Assembly (NCBI GenBank): GCA_030704615.1
Contig: CM060732.1
Span: 42,532,001-42,596,000, forward strand
Reading direction: 5' to 3'
Origin: Takakia lepidozioides
Lineage: Eukaryota; Plantae; Bryophyta
DNA length: 64,000 bases
Translations under genes and position numbers: made by a program
Part shown: positions 12,998 through 25,358 of the stretch, one piece after another
Numbering within the stretch: position 1 is the stretch's first letter
Layout of the letters: each line of letters starts with the position of its first letter
Notes under the pieces: model-generated
The model's database searches: none
The model's input: only the letters and a program-made list of their open reading frames with translations
What the model was told of the DNA's origin: nothing

Positions 12998-14597
12998 TGT
13001 CGCGCACCTCACTTCGGTAAGCTCCCCCTCAAGTCATAGTTACTCGTTTTGATGCGCGCGCCTGACTCCCAACCTGGCCGCCGGGCCAACTTGGAGCTTC
13101 GGCTGCTCACCGGGGCATAACGGTCCCCCTTTGTTCTCCCAAAGAACCCTCCACCGATTTGGAACCAGCAGGAATTCCCTTTGGTAGTTGGCAGTCCGGA
13201 ACAGCTCCCCACTCTTTGGTCGCTTTCCGGCTCGCTCGCTTACTCACTAGTTTTTGGTCACCAACGGGCTTGCACCGTTCTCGGGGTTACTACTCCCTAT
13301 ATATACTTCTGTAGCTGTCCGCGGGGGTTTCATAACCAGCCATGCCATTTTATGGTGAACCACCACGAAAACCCTCGACTCCCGGTGATGAGTCGCGGTG
13401 AGTCTTGGCCCACTCACCACGGCCCCTATGGACCGTGATGAGTCCCAAGACTCCCACGACACCCACCACGAGGTCTCCGCCCCCATGGTGAGTCCTATGC
13501 CACCCCCACTAAGTCCCGCTAAGCTACCACCACCCCTTGTGGAGCCACCCCCACCGCAACCCGGTGTGCGGGGCTCCACCTAGTGAGCGCCTCCGCTTCC
13601 CTGAGTGCCTTGGGCACTCAAAGGTGCTTCAGCCCCCCCATACCTATCACTGCCGCTGCCCCCACCATAGGGGCAGCCCCTCATGTGTCCCGACCCCCTG
13701 CCCTCAAGGCAAAGGGCCGCGCCACACACCTCTACCAACAGGGAGTCGATGTCCTCATCGACTTGTCCATTTTGTAGAAACGAACATCCAAGTTGTGGCG
13801 TCCCACATCAAGGAGTTTGTTTCCGTACCATGGCGTCCCATGGGAAAGAACCAAACCCCACACTTGACTCTACTCTCCACTAGCTAGTTCGGCCGACTTC
13901 CTCCAAGTCCCGGCCAAGGGTGGAGCCTCTCAAGCTCTTCCCAGTGCACTCTTCTTGGCCTTCTTCAAGGTCAAGGAACGATCCTCTCCGAGGATCGAAT
14001 CACCTTACTGTAACAACATTGCTTGCGATCGCTCCTGATGCCGCTTTTGGCATCACTTTGCGCAAGGGTTCACCTCGAACCTCTTTTGACTAGGAAGATA
14101 ACCTTGAACCAACCGTGCGCCCCAATCACTACAATTGGGTCCGTCTTGGAATGCTGGCCTGAGGTACGGGAACACGTCGAAGCCGCACTACGACTTTGTC
14201 CCGAGGCTACACGATTATAGTACGTGAACGGAAGCACATAGCTTCTGCGTTAGCCCGCACTATAAGGCAACCACCTCGGTAGCGCAGTTATAGTACGCGC
14301 ACGCGCCAGGTGCGCACTAGCACATGAACTCCCAAAGAAGGCGCATGTTTCCTTGCCCCTTGGGTGGGAGTCACCCGATTTCGGCACTGCGCAAACACAC
14401 GATTAACCCAATTTACCTCTCCCACTTTTGTAAGCTAGCATGCATTCTACACACTAGCCAACCACACCATGCATCACCATTCCAAACAAAATAGGACACA
14501 CAACATTTGGAACCCATTTCCTTTATAACAATTTTTTGTACAATACAAGTTTTTGCAATCGGATTCCTGAGCTAGCTAAGCCGGGCTAAGCATGCAT
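12998..14597 (-). repeat. Putative 3' LTR/3' region of chromovirus element A
   Basis: On the minus strand it follows a polypurine tract (GGGGGAGGAAA, ~14597-14607) just after the chromodomain and ends in ...GCGCGACA at 12998. No second copy in the window to confirm it. Confidence 0.45.
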
Positions 14598-17500
14598 TTC
14601 CTCCCCCACGCTCCAAGGTCCCCATCAACGCTTCTTCCGCTTTTGAGGTCGCCCTTCGAAAAACTGCAACCGCCTCGGATGCGTTTCCCATTTCTGAGGC
14701 ACGCACCCAAGATGCCTCCACATGATGATAGCCCTTCCATTTGACGAAATACTCCGTTTCTCGGTTCTTGAACCTCCTCGACTTAAGTACTGCCTCCACC
14801 TCGTACTCAGGTTCATTTTCATGATCCAACAGCACAGGTGGCGGACGCAACACTTGATGCCGATTCGGACGCGCTTCATCTTTGAAGTAAGGCTTCAAAA
14901 GGGAGACGTGAAATACTGGATGCACCTTGCTGTTTGCCGGCAGCTCCAATTCATACACATCCTCATTCATAACCTTCCGGATGCGAAAGGGTCCCGCATA
15001 CGGAGGTACGAACTTTGGACTCACTTCCGGAGGTAGTCGGAAATTCTTGATGTTCAACCAGACCTCCGTGCCTGCCTCAAACTTCACTTCCCTCCGCTTC
15101 CGATTCGCCTGCCTTTTATACCGTTTCCTAGCTTTGGCAATGTTGTACTTTGCGAGCTTCAACAAACGCTCGCGTTCTTCCAGTACCGCCGCTACTGCCG
15201 GTTCCTCAACGTCTTGGGCGGCCCAACTTGTCGGCACCAGAGGTGCTTTTATATAGACCAATACGAAAGGGGAAACTCCCGTTGCGGAGTGTTCTGTGTT
15301 ATTATAACAGAACTCTACCGCGTCTAAGTGTTCCACCCAGTCTGATTGGTCTGCCGACACGTAATTCCGCAAGATCAGCTTCACTACGGAATTCACTCTT
15401 TCCGTTTGGCCGTCGGTCGTAGGTCGGAAGGCGGTGCTCATCTTCAGCCTCGTCCCCATCTTCTTCCAAAGTGTCCTCCAAAATTTACTCGTAAACTGTG
15501 GATCGCGGTCTGAGACAATATCCTTCGGGACTCCATGATGCTTTAAGACGTTGGCGAAGTAAAGTCGCCCTGTCTCCTACGCCGTTGCCGTCTCCTTGGT
15601 GGGGATGAAATGGCCCATTTTGCTGAACCTATCCACCACCACCATGATTGCATCGAATCCTTTTGACAGCGGCATAGCAGTCATGAAATCCATCGAGACG
15701 CTTTCCCAAGTCCCCTCTGGAATCGGCAAGGGCTGTAACAGCCCTGCTTGCTTTTTGTACTCGCTCCGGTTTTGTTGGCATGTCGTGCATGTCTTGACAT
15801 ACTCCTCTGCCTCCTCCCTGAGTTTGGGCCAGAAATACTCTTTCTTCAAGAGTGCCGCGGTGCGTTTGGGCCATCATGGCATTCTCTCAAGAGACTATCT
15901 CTGATCCCTCCCTTCGGCACGTAGAGGCGCTTTTGCTTATACCGGAGCAGTCCATTTTGCAAATGGAACTGCGATTTAACCCCCATCCTCAAGTCTTGCA
16001 TCACGGACTTCGCCAGCTCATCCTTCCGGCAAGCCTTCCAGATCTTCCTTTGGAGCGCCGTCTCGCCCCTGTACACCAACAGGAGCTGCTGCTTTCTACT
16101 TAAAGCATCGGCCACCACATTGTCACGTCCCGGTTTGTATTGGATATCCACGTCGAACACCGCCAAAGTATCTTGCCACCTAAGTTGTTTTGGGGACAAC
16201 TTGGGCTGCGTGGCAAAATACTTCACCGTAACATTGTCCGTGAACACCTTCACTGGGTTGGAACCAACATAGTGGCGCCAAAGCTCAAGACAATGCACCA
16301 CCGCCTTCATCTCTTTCTCGTGCGTCGGCCATCGTCGCTCCACTTCGTTCAGTTTCTTACTTTCGTAAGCCACTGGACGTCCATCTTGCATCAGTACACC
16401 CCCAATCGCAAAGTCTGACGCATCTGTATGAATCTCGAATGGCCGATCGAACTCCGGGATTTTCAAGACTGGAGCTTCCGCCATCCGCTGCTTCAATTCA
16501 GCAAAAGCTTGGCCACACAAGGTGTTCCATACCCAGACTTTGGATTTACACAGAAGATCTGACAACGGCCCCGCAATCTTGTCGAAATTTCTCACATACT
16601 TCCGGTAATAGGAGGCGAGTCCTAGGAAGGATCGCACTCCCGAGACTGAAGTCGGAGGCTCCCAGTCCAAGATCGCCCTCACCTTTCTGTCATCCATTTT
16701 GATCCCATCCTGTGTAATCACATGCCCCAGGAACTCCACTTTTGTGACCCCGAATTCGCACTTTGAAGCTTTGGCATACAGCTTCCCTTCCCGCAATTTC
16801 TGGAACACCCTTCTGAGGTGCTTCCGGTGCTCCTCCTTTGTTTTCGAATACACCAAGATGTCGTCGATGTACACGATCACAAAGTCATCCAACCACTTCT
16901 GGAAAAGGCTGTTCATCAGCGTGCTAAAGGTCGCGGGTGCATTGGTGAGCCCAAAAGGCATCACCAAGAACTCATATGAACCATACCTTGTCCTGCACGC
17001 GGTCTTCTCCTCATCTCCTTCCGCCACTCGAATTTGATGATAGCCGGAGCGCAGATCGATCCGGCTGAAATACTTTGCTCCTGCCAACCGATCGAAAAGG
17101 TCGTCGATCCTTGGCAAAGTATACCGGTTTTTGATAGTCACCTTATTCAAAGCCCTGTAATCGACACACATCCGCAGCGTCCCATCCTTCTTGTCTGCGA
17201 ATAGCACCGGGGCTCCGTAAGGTGACTTACTCGGCCGGATGTACCCCTTTGACATTAGATCTTTGAGCTGAGTCTTCAGCTCGACCAACTCTCTGTGGCT
17301 CAACCGGTAGGGCGCCTTGGCAGGCGGTTCCGATCCCGGTATCACCTCAATCTTGTGGTCAACTCCTCTTCGCGGTGGCAAGCCGCTTGGTAAATCCTCC
17401 GGCATCACATCCTGGTATCTCTCCAAATCCCCTTGATCCAATCTGGGCTCGGCTCCCCATCGCCTTTTCCCTTCACTTCTCTAATGTAAAGCAAAAACTG

Positions 17501-17980
17501 GGGCTCATGTGCCTCCTCCACGGCCCACTCCTTTGCTGACAGAAGGTTTATTCGCCCTCCCACGGATTTTGGCGTTTCCGACACTCGTAAGACCTCGCCA
17601 CCATTCCCACATGGTAGCGTGACTACTCTCTTGCGGCCATCTATGAGCGCTCCGGATTTGCCCAAAAAGGTCATCCCCAAAATGAGATCCACTCCATCGA
17701 TCTCGCAGATGGTGAAGTTCTCACGTCCCTCCCAACTCCCCAGTTGAAGAGGAACATCAAACGCCAACCTTGTCGCCAACTGTGGTTCTCCTTTGGCAGA
17801 ACGCACCTCAATAGAGGCCCCCACGTCACTTGTCGGGAGTCCCAACTTTCGCGCCGCCGCCGGCGTCATGAAGGAGTGCGACGCTCCTGTGTCCACCAAC
17901 AACGACACGTTAGTTCCGGATATTATCCCATCCACGAACAATAACTGACTCCCTTTACGCAGGGCGCCAGTTTCCTGATA
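14572..17980 (-). mobile_element. Ty3/Gypsy chromovirus pol (element A): protease-RT-RNase H-integrase-chromodomain, with frameshifts/stops; gag missing
   Basis: LLVDTGASHSF (protease); [32 protein letters not shown] (RT); [10 protein letters not shown] (RH); SMDFMT, TDGQTERVN, GPF (IN); YEVEAVLKSR...YFVKWKGY...SW (chromodomain). Confidence 0.95.
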
Positions 17981-20575
17981 CAACATGAAAGACGTCATGG
18001 ATTTTCCAAGTAGCTGGCAGATCTAGTTGGTATGCCACAGATCCATAACGCTTTAAGATCACAAAATGTCCACAAAAATTTGGGGACAGCTTAGGACACT
18101 TAACCAATTTCAACTGGCTTCTTTTGGGAGCAACTTTCAAGAAGACCTTGTCGCCTACCTCAAATTCACGGAAGCTTATGTGCTTATCAACGTAGAACTT
18201 GGCTCTTTCTTCAGCACTTCTCATGCTTCTCTTTACCAAATCCAACACCGAATGCATTTCACGGACCATGTCATTGACAGACTGGACCTTAGACAATGGC
18301 GTGGAAAGAGAAGTTGGGGTCAAATAATCGCGTCCATAGAGTGCTTGAAACGGGCTCATCCCGATGGCACTATGGAAATTCTTGTTATAGGCGAACTCTA
18401 TCAAATACAAGTACTCCTCCCAGGAAGTCTGTCTGTGACCAACATACATTCTCAGCATATCCTCAATGGTTTGGTTGGTCCGTTCTGTTTGGGCATCTGT
18501 TTCAGGATGATATGCAGTACTAAGTCTCAACTTGGTTCCCAAAAGCTTAAACAAGGCAGTCCAAAAATGACTTGTGAACTTCGTGTCCCTGTCACAAACG
18601 ATCCCACGAGGTATCCCGTGGATCCGAAAGATTTCTTTCATGAACAGTGAAGCCACCTCAGGGGCAGTGACTGTCATTTTTGTGGGAATCAAGTGTGCTG
18701 TCTTAGACAGTCTATCAGCAACCACCATGATGCTATTATGTCCATTTCTGGTCCGTGGCAGTGCCACTATAAAATCCATACTTATCGATTCCCAGTTTCC
18801 ACTGGGAACACTTAGTGGTTGTAATAATCCAGGAGGACGTATCCTTTCTGATTTTCAGACTTGACATGGAAAGCATGTATCCACATACTCTTTGATCTGT
18901 CTCTTCATTACTGGCCAGAAATATTGTTTTCTAACGGCCACATAGGTTCTCTGAAAGCCCGGATGTCCAGCTATGGGAATATTATGACAGTCATAAATGA
19001 TACACAGTCGCAAATCCTGTAAAGAGGGAATGCACATACGCATGTGATATTATAATATCCCATCACGCAACAAGTATGGACGGTACTTGTCAATCTCATC
19101 AGAGGTCTGACGGTCATGCAAGAGGCTTTCATATGGTGCTTTGAAAAACACATCATCAGCATAATGATTCTTCACATCATCAATCATAGAGCTTTTCACA
19201 AGCAACACAGCATTGACCATCGGCCTTCTAGAGAGTGCATCTGCCAGTACATTCTCTTTTCCGTTCACATACCGCAGATCATAATGAAACTGCTGAAGGA
19301 ATTCAACCCATCGAATCTGACGACGACACAAATTGGGTTGTGTACTGAGATATTTTAAACTCTCATGATCCATTTGAATTGTAAAGCCCACATGAAGCAA
19401 GTAGTGCCTTCATATCTTCAGTGCGTGAATCATAGTCAAAAGTTATTTTTCATGAAAAGGATAATTCTGTTCAGCTGGACTGAGCTTTCTGGACTCATAG
19501 GCAATAACCTGATCACCAAAAGTCAATATTACTCCAATCGCGAGGTCACTCGCATCAGTGCAAAGCACTATCTCACTCCTGGTAGGATCAATTAGCTTCA
19601 AGACTAGAGCATGAGTCAATGCAAACTTTAGCTTGTCAAAGCTAACATCACAATCTGGAGTCCAAGCTTCATTCCAATATTTAGAAGTAGAGTTCTTTAG
19701 TAGATCAGTCATCGGGGCTGCAATGCGAGAGAATGATTTGACAAACTTTCGCAGAAAGCTAGAAAACCCAACAAAGCTTCTGACTTCTGTTTTATCTTTG
19801 GGTTTGGGCCATTCGGCCACAGCCTGAATCTTCTTTGAATCAATGGACACTCCTTCCTTTGAGATATGAAATCCCAAATAGTCCATATGATCTACAAAGA
19901 ACTCACATTTACTCTTCTTTGCAAACAGATGATTCTGCCTTAAGATATCCAAGACCATTCTCAAATGTTGTTCATGCTCTTCTTCTGTTTTAGAAAATAC
20001 CAGGATGTCATCCATGAAGACAAGAACCATCTTGCCAAGGTATTTTTGAAACAAAGAGTTCATCAAGTGCATGAACGTAGCCGGAGCATTGGTAAGTCCA
20101 AATGACATTACCGTATATTCATAATGGCCAAAACGTGATCGGAATCCAGTCTTCAGAATATCTGCATCCTTAATTTGTATCTGGTGGTAACCTGATCTGG
20201 AAAAGACCTTACTCGCATATAGGTGATCAAAGATATCATCAATGTGTGGAAGTGGATATTTATTCTTGATTGTCATTTTGTTCATCCACCTATAGTCCAC
20301 ACACAGTCTTAACCTACCATCTTTTTTCTTTTTGAGCATGACTGGAGCGCCCCAAGGGGATTTGCTAGCCCGAATATACCCCTTCTCGAGTAAGTCACTC
20401 AATTGTTTTTCAAGTTCTTCAGTTTTTGCAATTGAGTGCCGATAGGGTGCTCGCGCAAATGGTATTGAATCAGCCACCAACTTGATGGCATGATCAATAT
20501 CACGTACAAGAGGCATTCCAGGGATTTCCTCGGGAAATATATCCCGATAATCATTCAGAACTGCTTCTGTTCTGA
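17981..20575 (-). mobile_element. Second, more decayed Ty3/Gypsy pol (element B): RT-RNase H-integrase, truncated after HDVFHV
   Basis: [48 protein letters not shown]...CFPCQ, MDFIVALP, CDRDTKFTS, YHPETDAQTERTNQ. Confidence 0.93.
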
Positions 20576-20645
20576 CACGTACTCCTGTACTTTTAGTACC
20601 TGATCCAGACAGACTTTCATGCATACTCATGAAAGTGGGGGAGTT

Positions 20646-21045
20646 TGTTATGGCCCTCTAGGCAACAAGTCTGAATGACTTGTGGGTGGAAAAGGCCATG
20701 GGGTGGTGTGAATGACAGGTGGGGGAAAGCTGGAGCAGTGTCACGTGAAGGTTTGGAGAGACAACTGCCAGCTTTGAGTACTGATCACCTGCCAAGGAGG
20801 TCAATAGGTGGTGAGGGTCACCTGTACACGAAGAAAGAGCGGCGGTTCTGGCAGACATGAAGAGAGGAGAAGAGGATTGAGGATGGTGGCCTGGAGGACA
20901 CTAGGATCCGATAGAACTGATGTAGGAGATAGGCACGGCGTGGTGGCTGGGTGGACCGGATGTGATAACCGGTGCTGTGTATATTTGAGTTGGTTAATCT
21001 AGAAATAGTCACTAGCTTTTGTAGGACAGGGACTATGGTTCCATC
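20646..21045 (+). repeat. Partial LTR of element B in inverted (+) orientation, preceded by PPT AAAGTGGGGGAG
   Basis: Starts TGTTATGGCCCTCTAGG; reverse complement of ~21285-21681. Confidence 0.85.
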
Positions 21046-21151
21046 TCTTCTGAGTTACCGTACGAGCTGCGCCGCATGTTACTCTCCGATCCTGGCAACG
21101 AGAGCTTGCTCATAAATCCAAACGTTCATTTTTCTGCCCTTATCGTACACA

Positions 21152-21164
21152 GGCTCTGATACCA
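21152..21164 (-). promoter_or_regulatory. Primer binding site for tRNA-iMet
   Basis: Minus strand reads TGGTATCAGAGCC directly after the LTR. Confidence 0.85.
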
Positions 21165-21166
21165 CT

Positions 21167-21681
21167 TACAACAACCCTGGGTTCTTTCAACTGTGACAAG
21201 AATCACTCGTGAACAATCCTTTTACAGTTCAGGTCTTGATGGAACCATAATCACAAGATCTACACTGTCTTTTTGTAAAAAAAATGAACCGTAGTCCATG
21301 TCCTACAAAAACCAGTGACTATTTCTAGATTAACCAACTCTAATATGCACATCACCGGTTATCACATCCGGTCCACCCAGCCACCACGCCGTGCCTATCT
21401 CCTGCATCAGCTCTATCGGATTCTAGTGTCCTCCAAGCCACCATCCTCAATCCTCTTCTCCTCTCTTCGTGTCTGCCAGAACCGCCGCTCTTTCTTCGTG
21501 TACAGGTGACCTTCACCACCTGTTGACCTCCTTGGCAGGTGATCAGTACTCAAAGCTGGCAGTTGTCTCTCCAAACCTTCACGTGACACTGCTCCAACTT
21601 TCCCCCACCTGTCATTCACACCACCCCATGGCCTTTTCCACACACAAGTCATTCAGACTTGTTGCCTAGAGGGCCATAACA
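21167..21681 (-). repeat. 5' LTR of element B (~515 bp)
   Basis: Starts TGTTATGGCCC on the minus strand and is followed by the PBS; the terminal CA appears mutated. Confidence 0.8.
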
Positions 21682-22870
21682 AAGAGAAAGAAATGAAATG
21701 AAATGGTACTTTAAAACGTCCGGAGAAGACAAAAAAAACACAAGGAGGGAGCCAGAAAGAGCACAAAACCTATTTAAACTGTTGCCTAGATTTTCTTTGG
21801 ACTCTTTTATTGACCTGTGGCTAAAACTGAGCAACAGACGTTGAGAGGCAGACCATTGAAGTGTGAGAGAGAGCCATAGAGTCATATAGTTTAAGCAAAT
21901 AAGAAACAAATGCATGGAGCTAGGTAAGGGAATATGGCTGATGAGGGGAGGGCTTTCCCGTGTCCCAAGATTTCAGGCTTCCTGCCTTGAAAGACTGTCT
22001 TGTTGCCGAGCACAAACGTGCACATACTTGAGCCCCCTTTCCTATGGTCGTAAGTAATTATATGAATGATGCTGGTCAAGGGCTGCAAATGCCTTGGGCT
22101 TCTACCCACTGACTTGAAAATGGAGGGGCAAGGCTGCATGATCCCTGGATACTGCAACTTGTACCTAAATTTACCTTGAGTTCTCTACCAGTACAGGTAC
22201 ATCAATATAAAAAGGTGGCTTAATTAAGCTCCCTTCCAGAACCATGGCTTTTGTAAGGCATACAGTTGATGCCTTATGAAAGGTGAATGAGGCCTGAAGT
22301 TGACTCTCCAAACAGAACAACTCTGGAACTGGGCTCATCAATTACTACTATGTGGTCCTCATCATTTAGCTAGACCTAAGTTACGTGCAACCTCTTCCCT
22401 CTTGTCCTTGTTTTTCATCGCTTTGGAAGATGATAGGAGAAAGCAACACTCAGAAGATAAGAACAGGGCAAGAGGTAACCATATGTTCAAAGCTGTCTTA
22501 GCATTTGGTACTGGTGTGTCGTTGTTCCAATTCTCTCCAGAATCCTCATTTTGTCTAGAGAGTGACCTCCATGGACGTTTATCCCCTTCCCTTCCCAAAT
22601 GTCCACTGTTCGCCGTTAGCGACTACAACCAATTTGGACATCGATGGCCTGTCTTGCAGTGCCCTCTCCCCACTGCCTGCAATTTGCAAGCTACGGTTAT
22701 AGGGCTGTTTGGGATTTTCTGTACCATGAGCAAACACAAAAACATGTTTGCTGATCAGTCACATTGGTGGGTAAAATACAAAGGGAGGAAAAAATAGTCA
22801 GACAGGGAAGCTTTGCCGACTTGGAGTACATTAAGTTAAGGCGCAAATGAAACAATATCATTCTCATATA

Positions 22871-23230
22871 GGTAATTGTACCTATCATTGCCCATTTAAG
22901 ACTTTGAGAAGCCATAACTTGTTCATATGATCATGTTATGGTGCAAAATTTGGACTTAGGGGAGGTCAAAACCCAATTTACGAAGTTTACAAAAACCCAA
23001 TACACTGCATTGAAGTGTTGGGCACAACGAGCCTATACAATCTTTGTAAAACCAATTAACATTGCCCCTGTCATTGCACACCATTCGCAAACCCCTAAGC
23101 ACGGTCGAGGGGTGTACAGTGATAGGCGCTGGGATGCGCAATCATAGGGGTTTGCGCTGTCCACAGGTGCGCAATGATAGGGGCTGGGGTGCGCGATGAT
23201 AGGGCTTGTGCAATGATAGGTACAGTTACC
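22871..23230. mobile_element. MITE, ~360 bp, with ~22-bp terminal inverted repeats
   Basis: GGTAATTGTACCTATCATTGC ... GCAATGATAGGTACAGTTACC. Subterminal GCAATGATAGG-like repeats at 23130-23220; TATA flanks. Confidence 0.65.
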
Positions 23231-25358
23231 CTATATCCCATATCGTATGCCGTCAACTTTCAGATCTGTATATATATTGAACCCATACTCAGATTGTTGC
23301 CCACCTTGAGCGCTGCGATCGTGCGCGGCGCGCCTCCGCGATCGCTTGCCGCGGCGTGCGATCGCAGCGGGTGGGCAGCTAGACCGTTCTACTGTAAGCT
23401 GCAACGGTGTAGTTGTGATATAGTCGACTAGTGTCGCTCACGGTAGAACGGTTTTGAGCAATTGCGCAACACTTCTCTGCACAGTCTTTGCAAGACTGGC
23501 TCGCATCTTCTTCCTTGGAATCCAGGGTGTGCTGAGATGGGATGGCTGCAGGCCGTTGCAATTCGAGTCTGAAAAATGGATAGCAAGTGCAGTTCCTCTT
23601 GGGAATTGTGCAAGAGAAAATCATTGCCTTTTCATTTCGTGCTACATGTACAGAGGAGTTCCTAGTGGTGTGCACGATGTGGTGTAGTTGGAATAGCAGG
23701 CACTCAAGCATAGTAGTCTTGTGATGCCGTTTGTGAATCTGCTGGCTTGGCCTTGGCAGCCCTTTTGGTTCTTGTTCCCTGGGCCTCCGTTTTGGCCCCT
23801 TCCCCGTTTTTCCTTTCCCTGCCCCGAGGCCTGCTAAGTTCTGGGTGGCTCCCCGTGCGTCCTGCCCCGCTAAGGTTATTTTTTCCTCCTGTATTAATCC
23901 CCCTACGTTTTACGTGATTTCCAGGGCTTCTTCACCTGCCAAAAAAGAGGTAACCGGAGCCGCAAGGGGGTGGACCAGGTCATCACCATGACTAGTCATG
24001 TGCAACACCTCAGAAGGAAAACGTCTGAGAAAAAGTAATCATAGTCTCTGCAACAGCAGCTAGAATCCATATGTACTCGCTGGTTTATTTTTCATGACTC
24101 GGACATTTCACAAATAACTTCTGAGTTTCAGCTTACTTTTAGCTTACCTACTAGCTACTGTTCCTCTTCCCCCACGACGTATGCTGTCCTAAGCCATTGC
24201 TCTCTCTTCCTCAGTGATTGGGCATGCGTGGAGCATCCAGTCAGTCTTGGATCCTAATAACAAGACATTTGAAATTGTAAGACAGACAACAGCTAGCCAG
24301 CAACTTCGTCTGTTATATAGCCAGAGACTCCTACTCATTCCTAAAGATCGGTTCATGCCTAAGACATGAAAGAAACGTTTGGTAGAGGGCTTTAAGTTGG
24401 GAGAGCGGATTCACATGCGCAAATATCACAAGTTTCAGTGAACATTTCTTACATCAGAAAGTTTTCTTGAAATCGGTGGGTAAGTTGTTGTAGTGATCTT
24501 TGTTTCCCTCTGACATTGGGTGATTGATTGATAAATTGGCAGTCCAGGTTCAGAGCAATCCTAGTGTCGAAGTAGTTCACATTTCCTCTTTGTGATTGAA
24601 CAACTCCTGCAATATCCATACTAGTTTTGTATTCTACTGTCAACCTTCCCATATCTCACTATCGAATGGTCTTATGCAAGTATTTATTCACATGCGCATG
24701 GCAAATTTGTCAACAGAAAGCAGGTGAAATCATTGTCACACTGACATCAGATATGAGTCTCGGGTCATACATATTTTACCTAAAATCTATATTTGTAGGA
24801 CATCAGCAGCCCTTGGTATCTTGGAAGAAAAGCCCAACCAAACAAGAAAAAAGTTAAGTAATGCATTAATATAGAAAGAATAATACTTGGTGAGGTCGAC
24901 AATGGGCTTTCAAAAATAAATTAGTAGTGATGGTTTATCCTAACATCTCAATATCTTGGGGCATTTCCACCTTGTACAATCGACCTTCTTTGCACATCTT
25001 GTTGGTGTTTGTGGATTTGTGCCACTGAAGTATTTTCCATTTTCGTCACCTTCGTCGGGTTGCCACATTAGTCAGCTCTCATGCCAACAAAGGGCACAGC
25101 TGAGGGTGAGGTGCAGGCATGACCGCCCTTCCCCACAATGCTGTGATTCAGCTGCAAATGATATTCTCGCAGCAATGCTAGGTTGCATAGAATTTATATG
25201 CCTATCAAATGTGCAACATGCCTCCATTGCAATCAGCAGAGACCATCAACTGTGAATCATCTTCTTCTTCAGCAGGAGTTGCTGTTGCTCCACAAATCAC
25301 TAAGTGTAGCGTCTAAGACAACCTCACTGTTCCTCTACTTAGCTAGAACAAAATGGGC

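Noticed and set aside
14722-19827. Plus-strand ORFs overlapping the Gypsy pol genes
   Set aside because: Antisense shadows of the minus-strand pol.
23450-23946. Possible LINE 3' end with short poly(A)
   Set aside because: Only weak W/C-rich similarity and an A6 tail; not enough to call.
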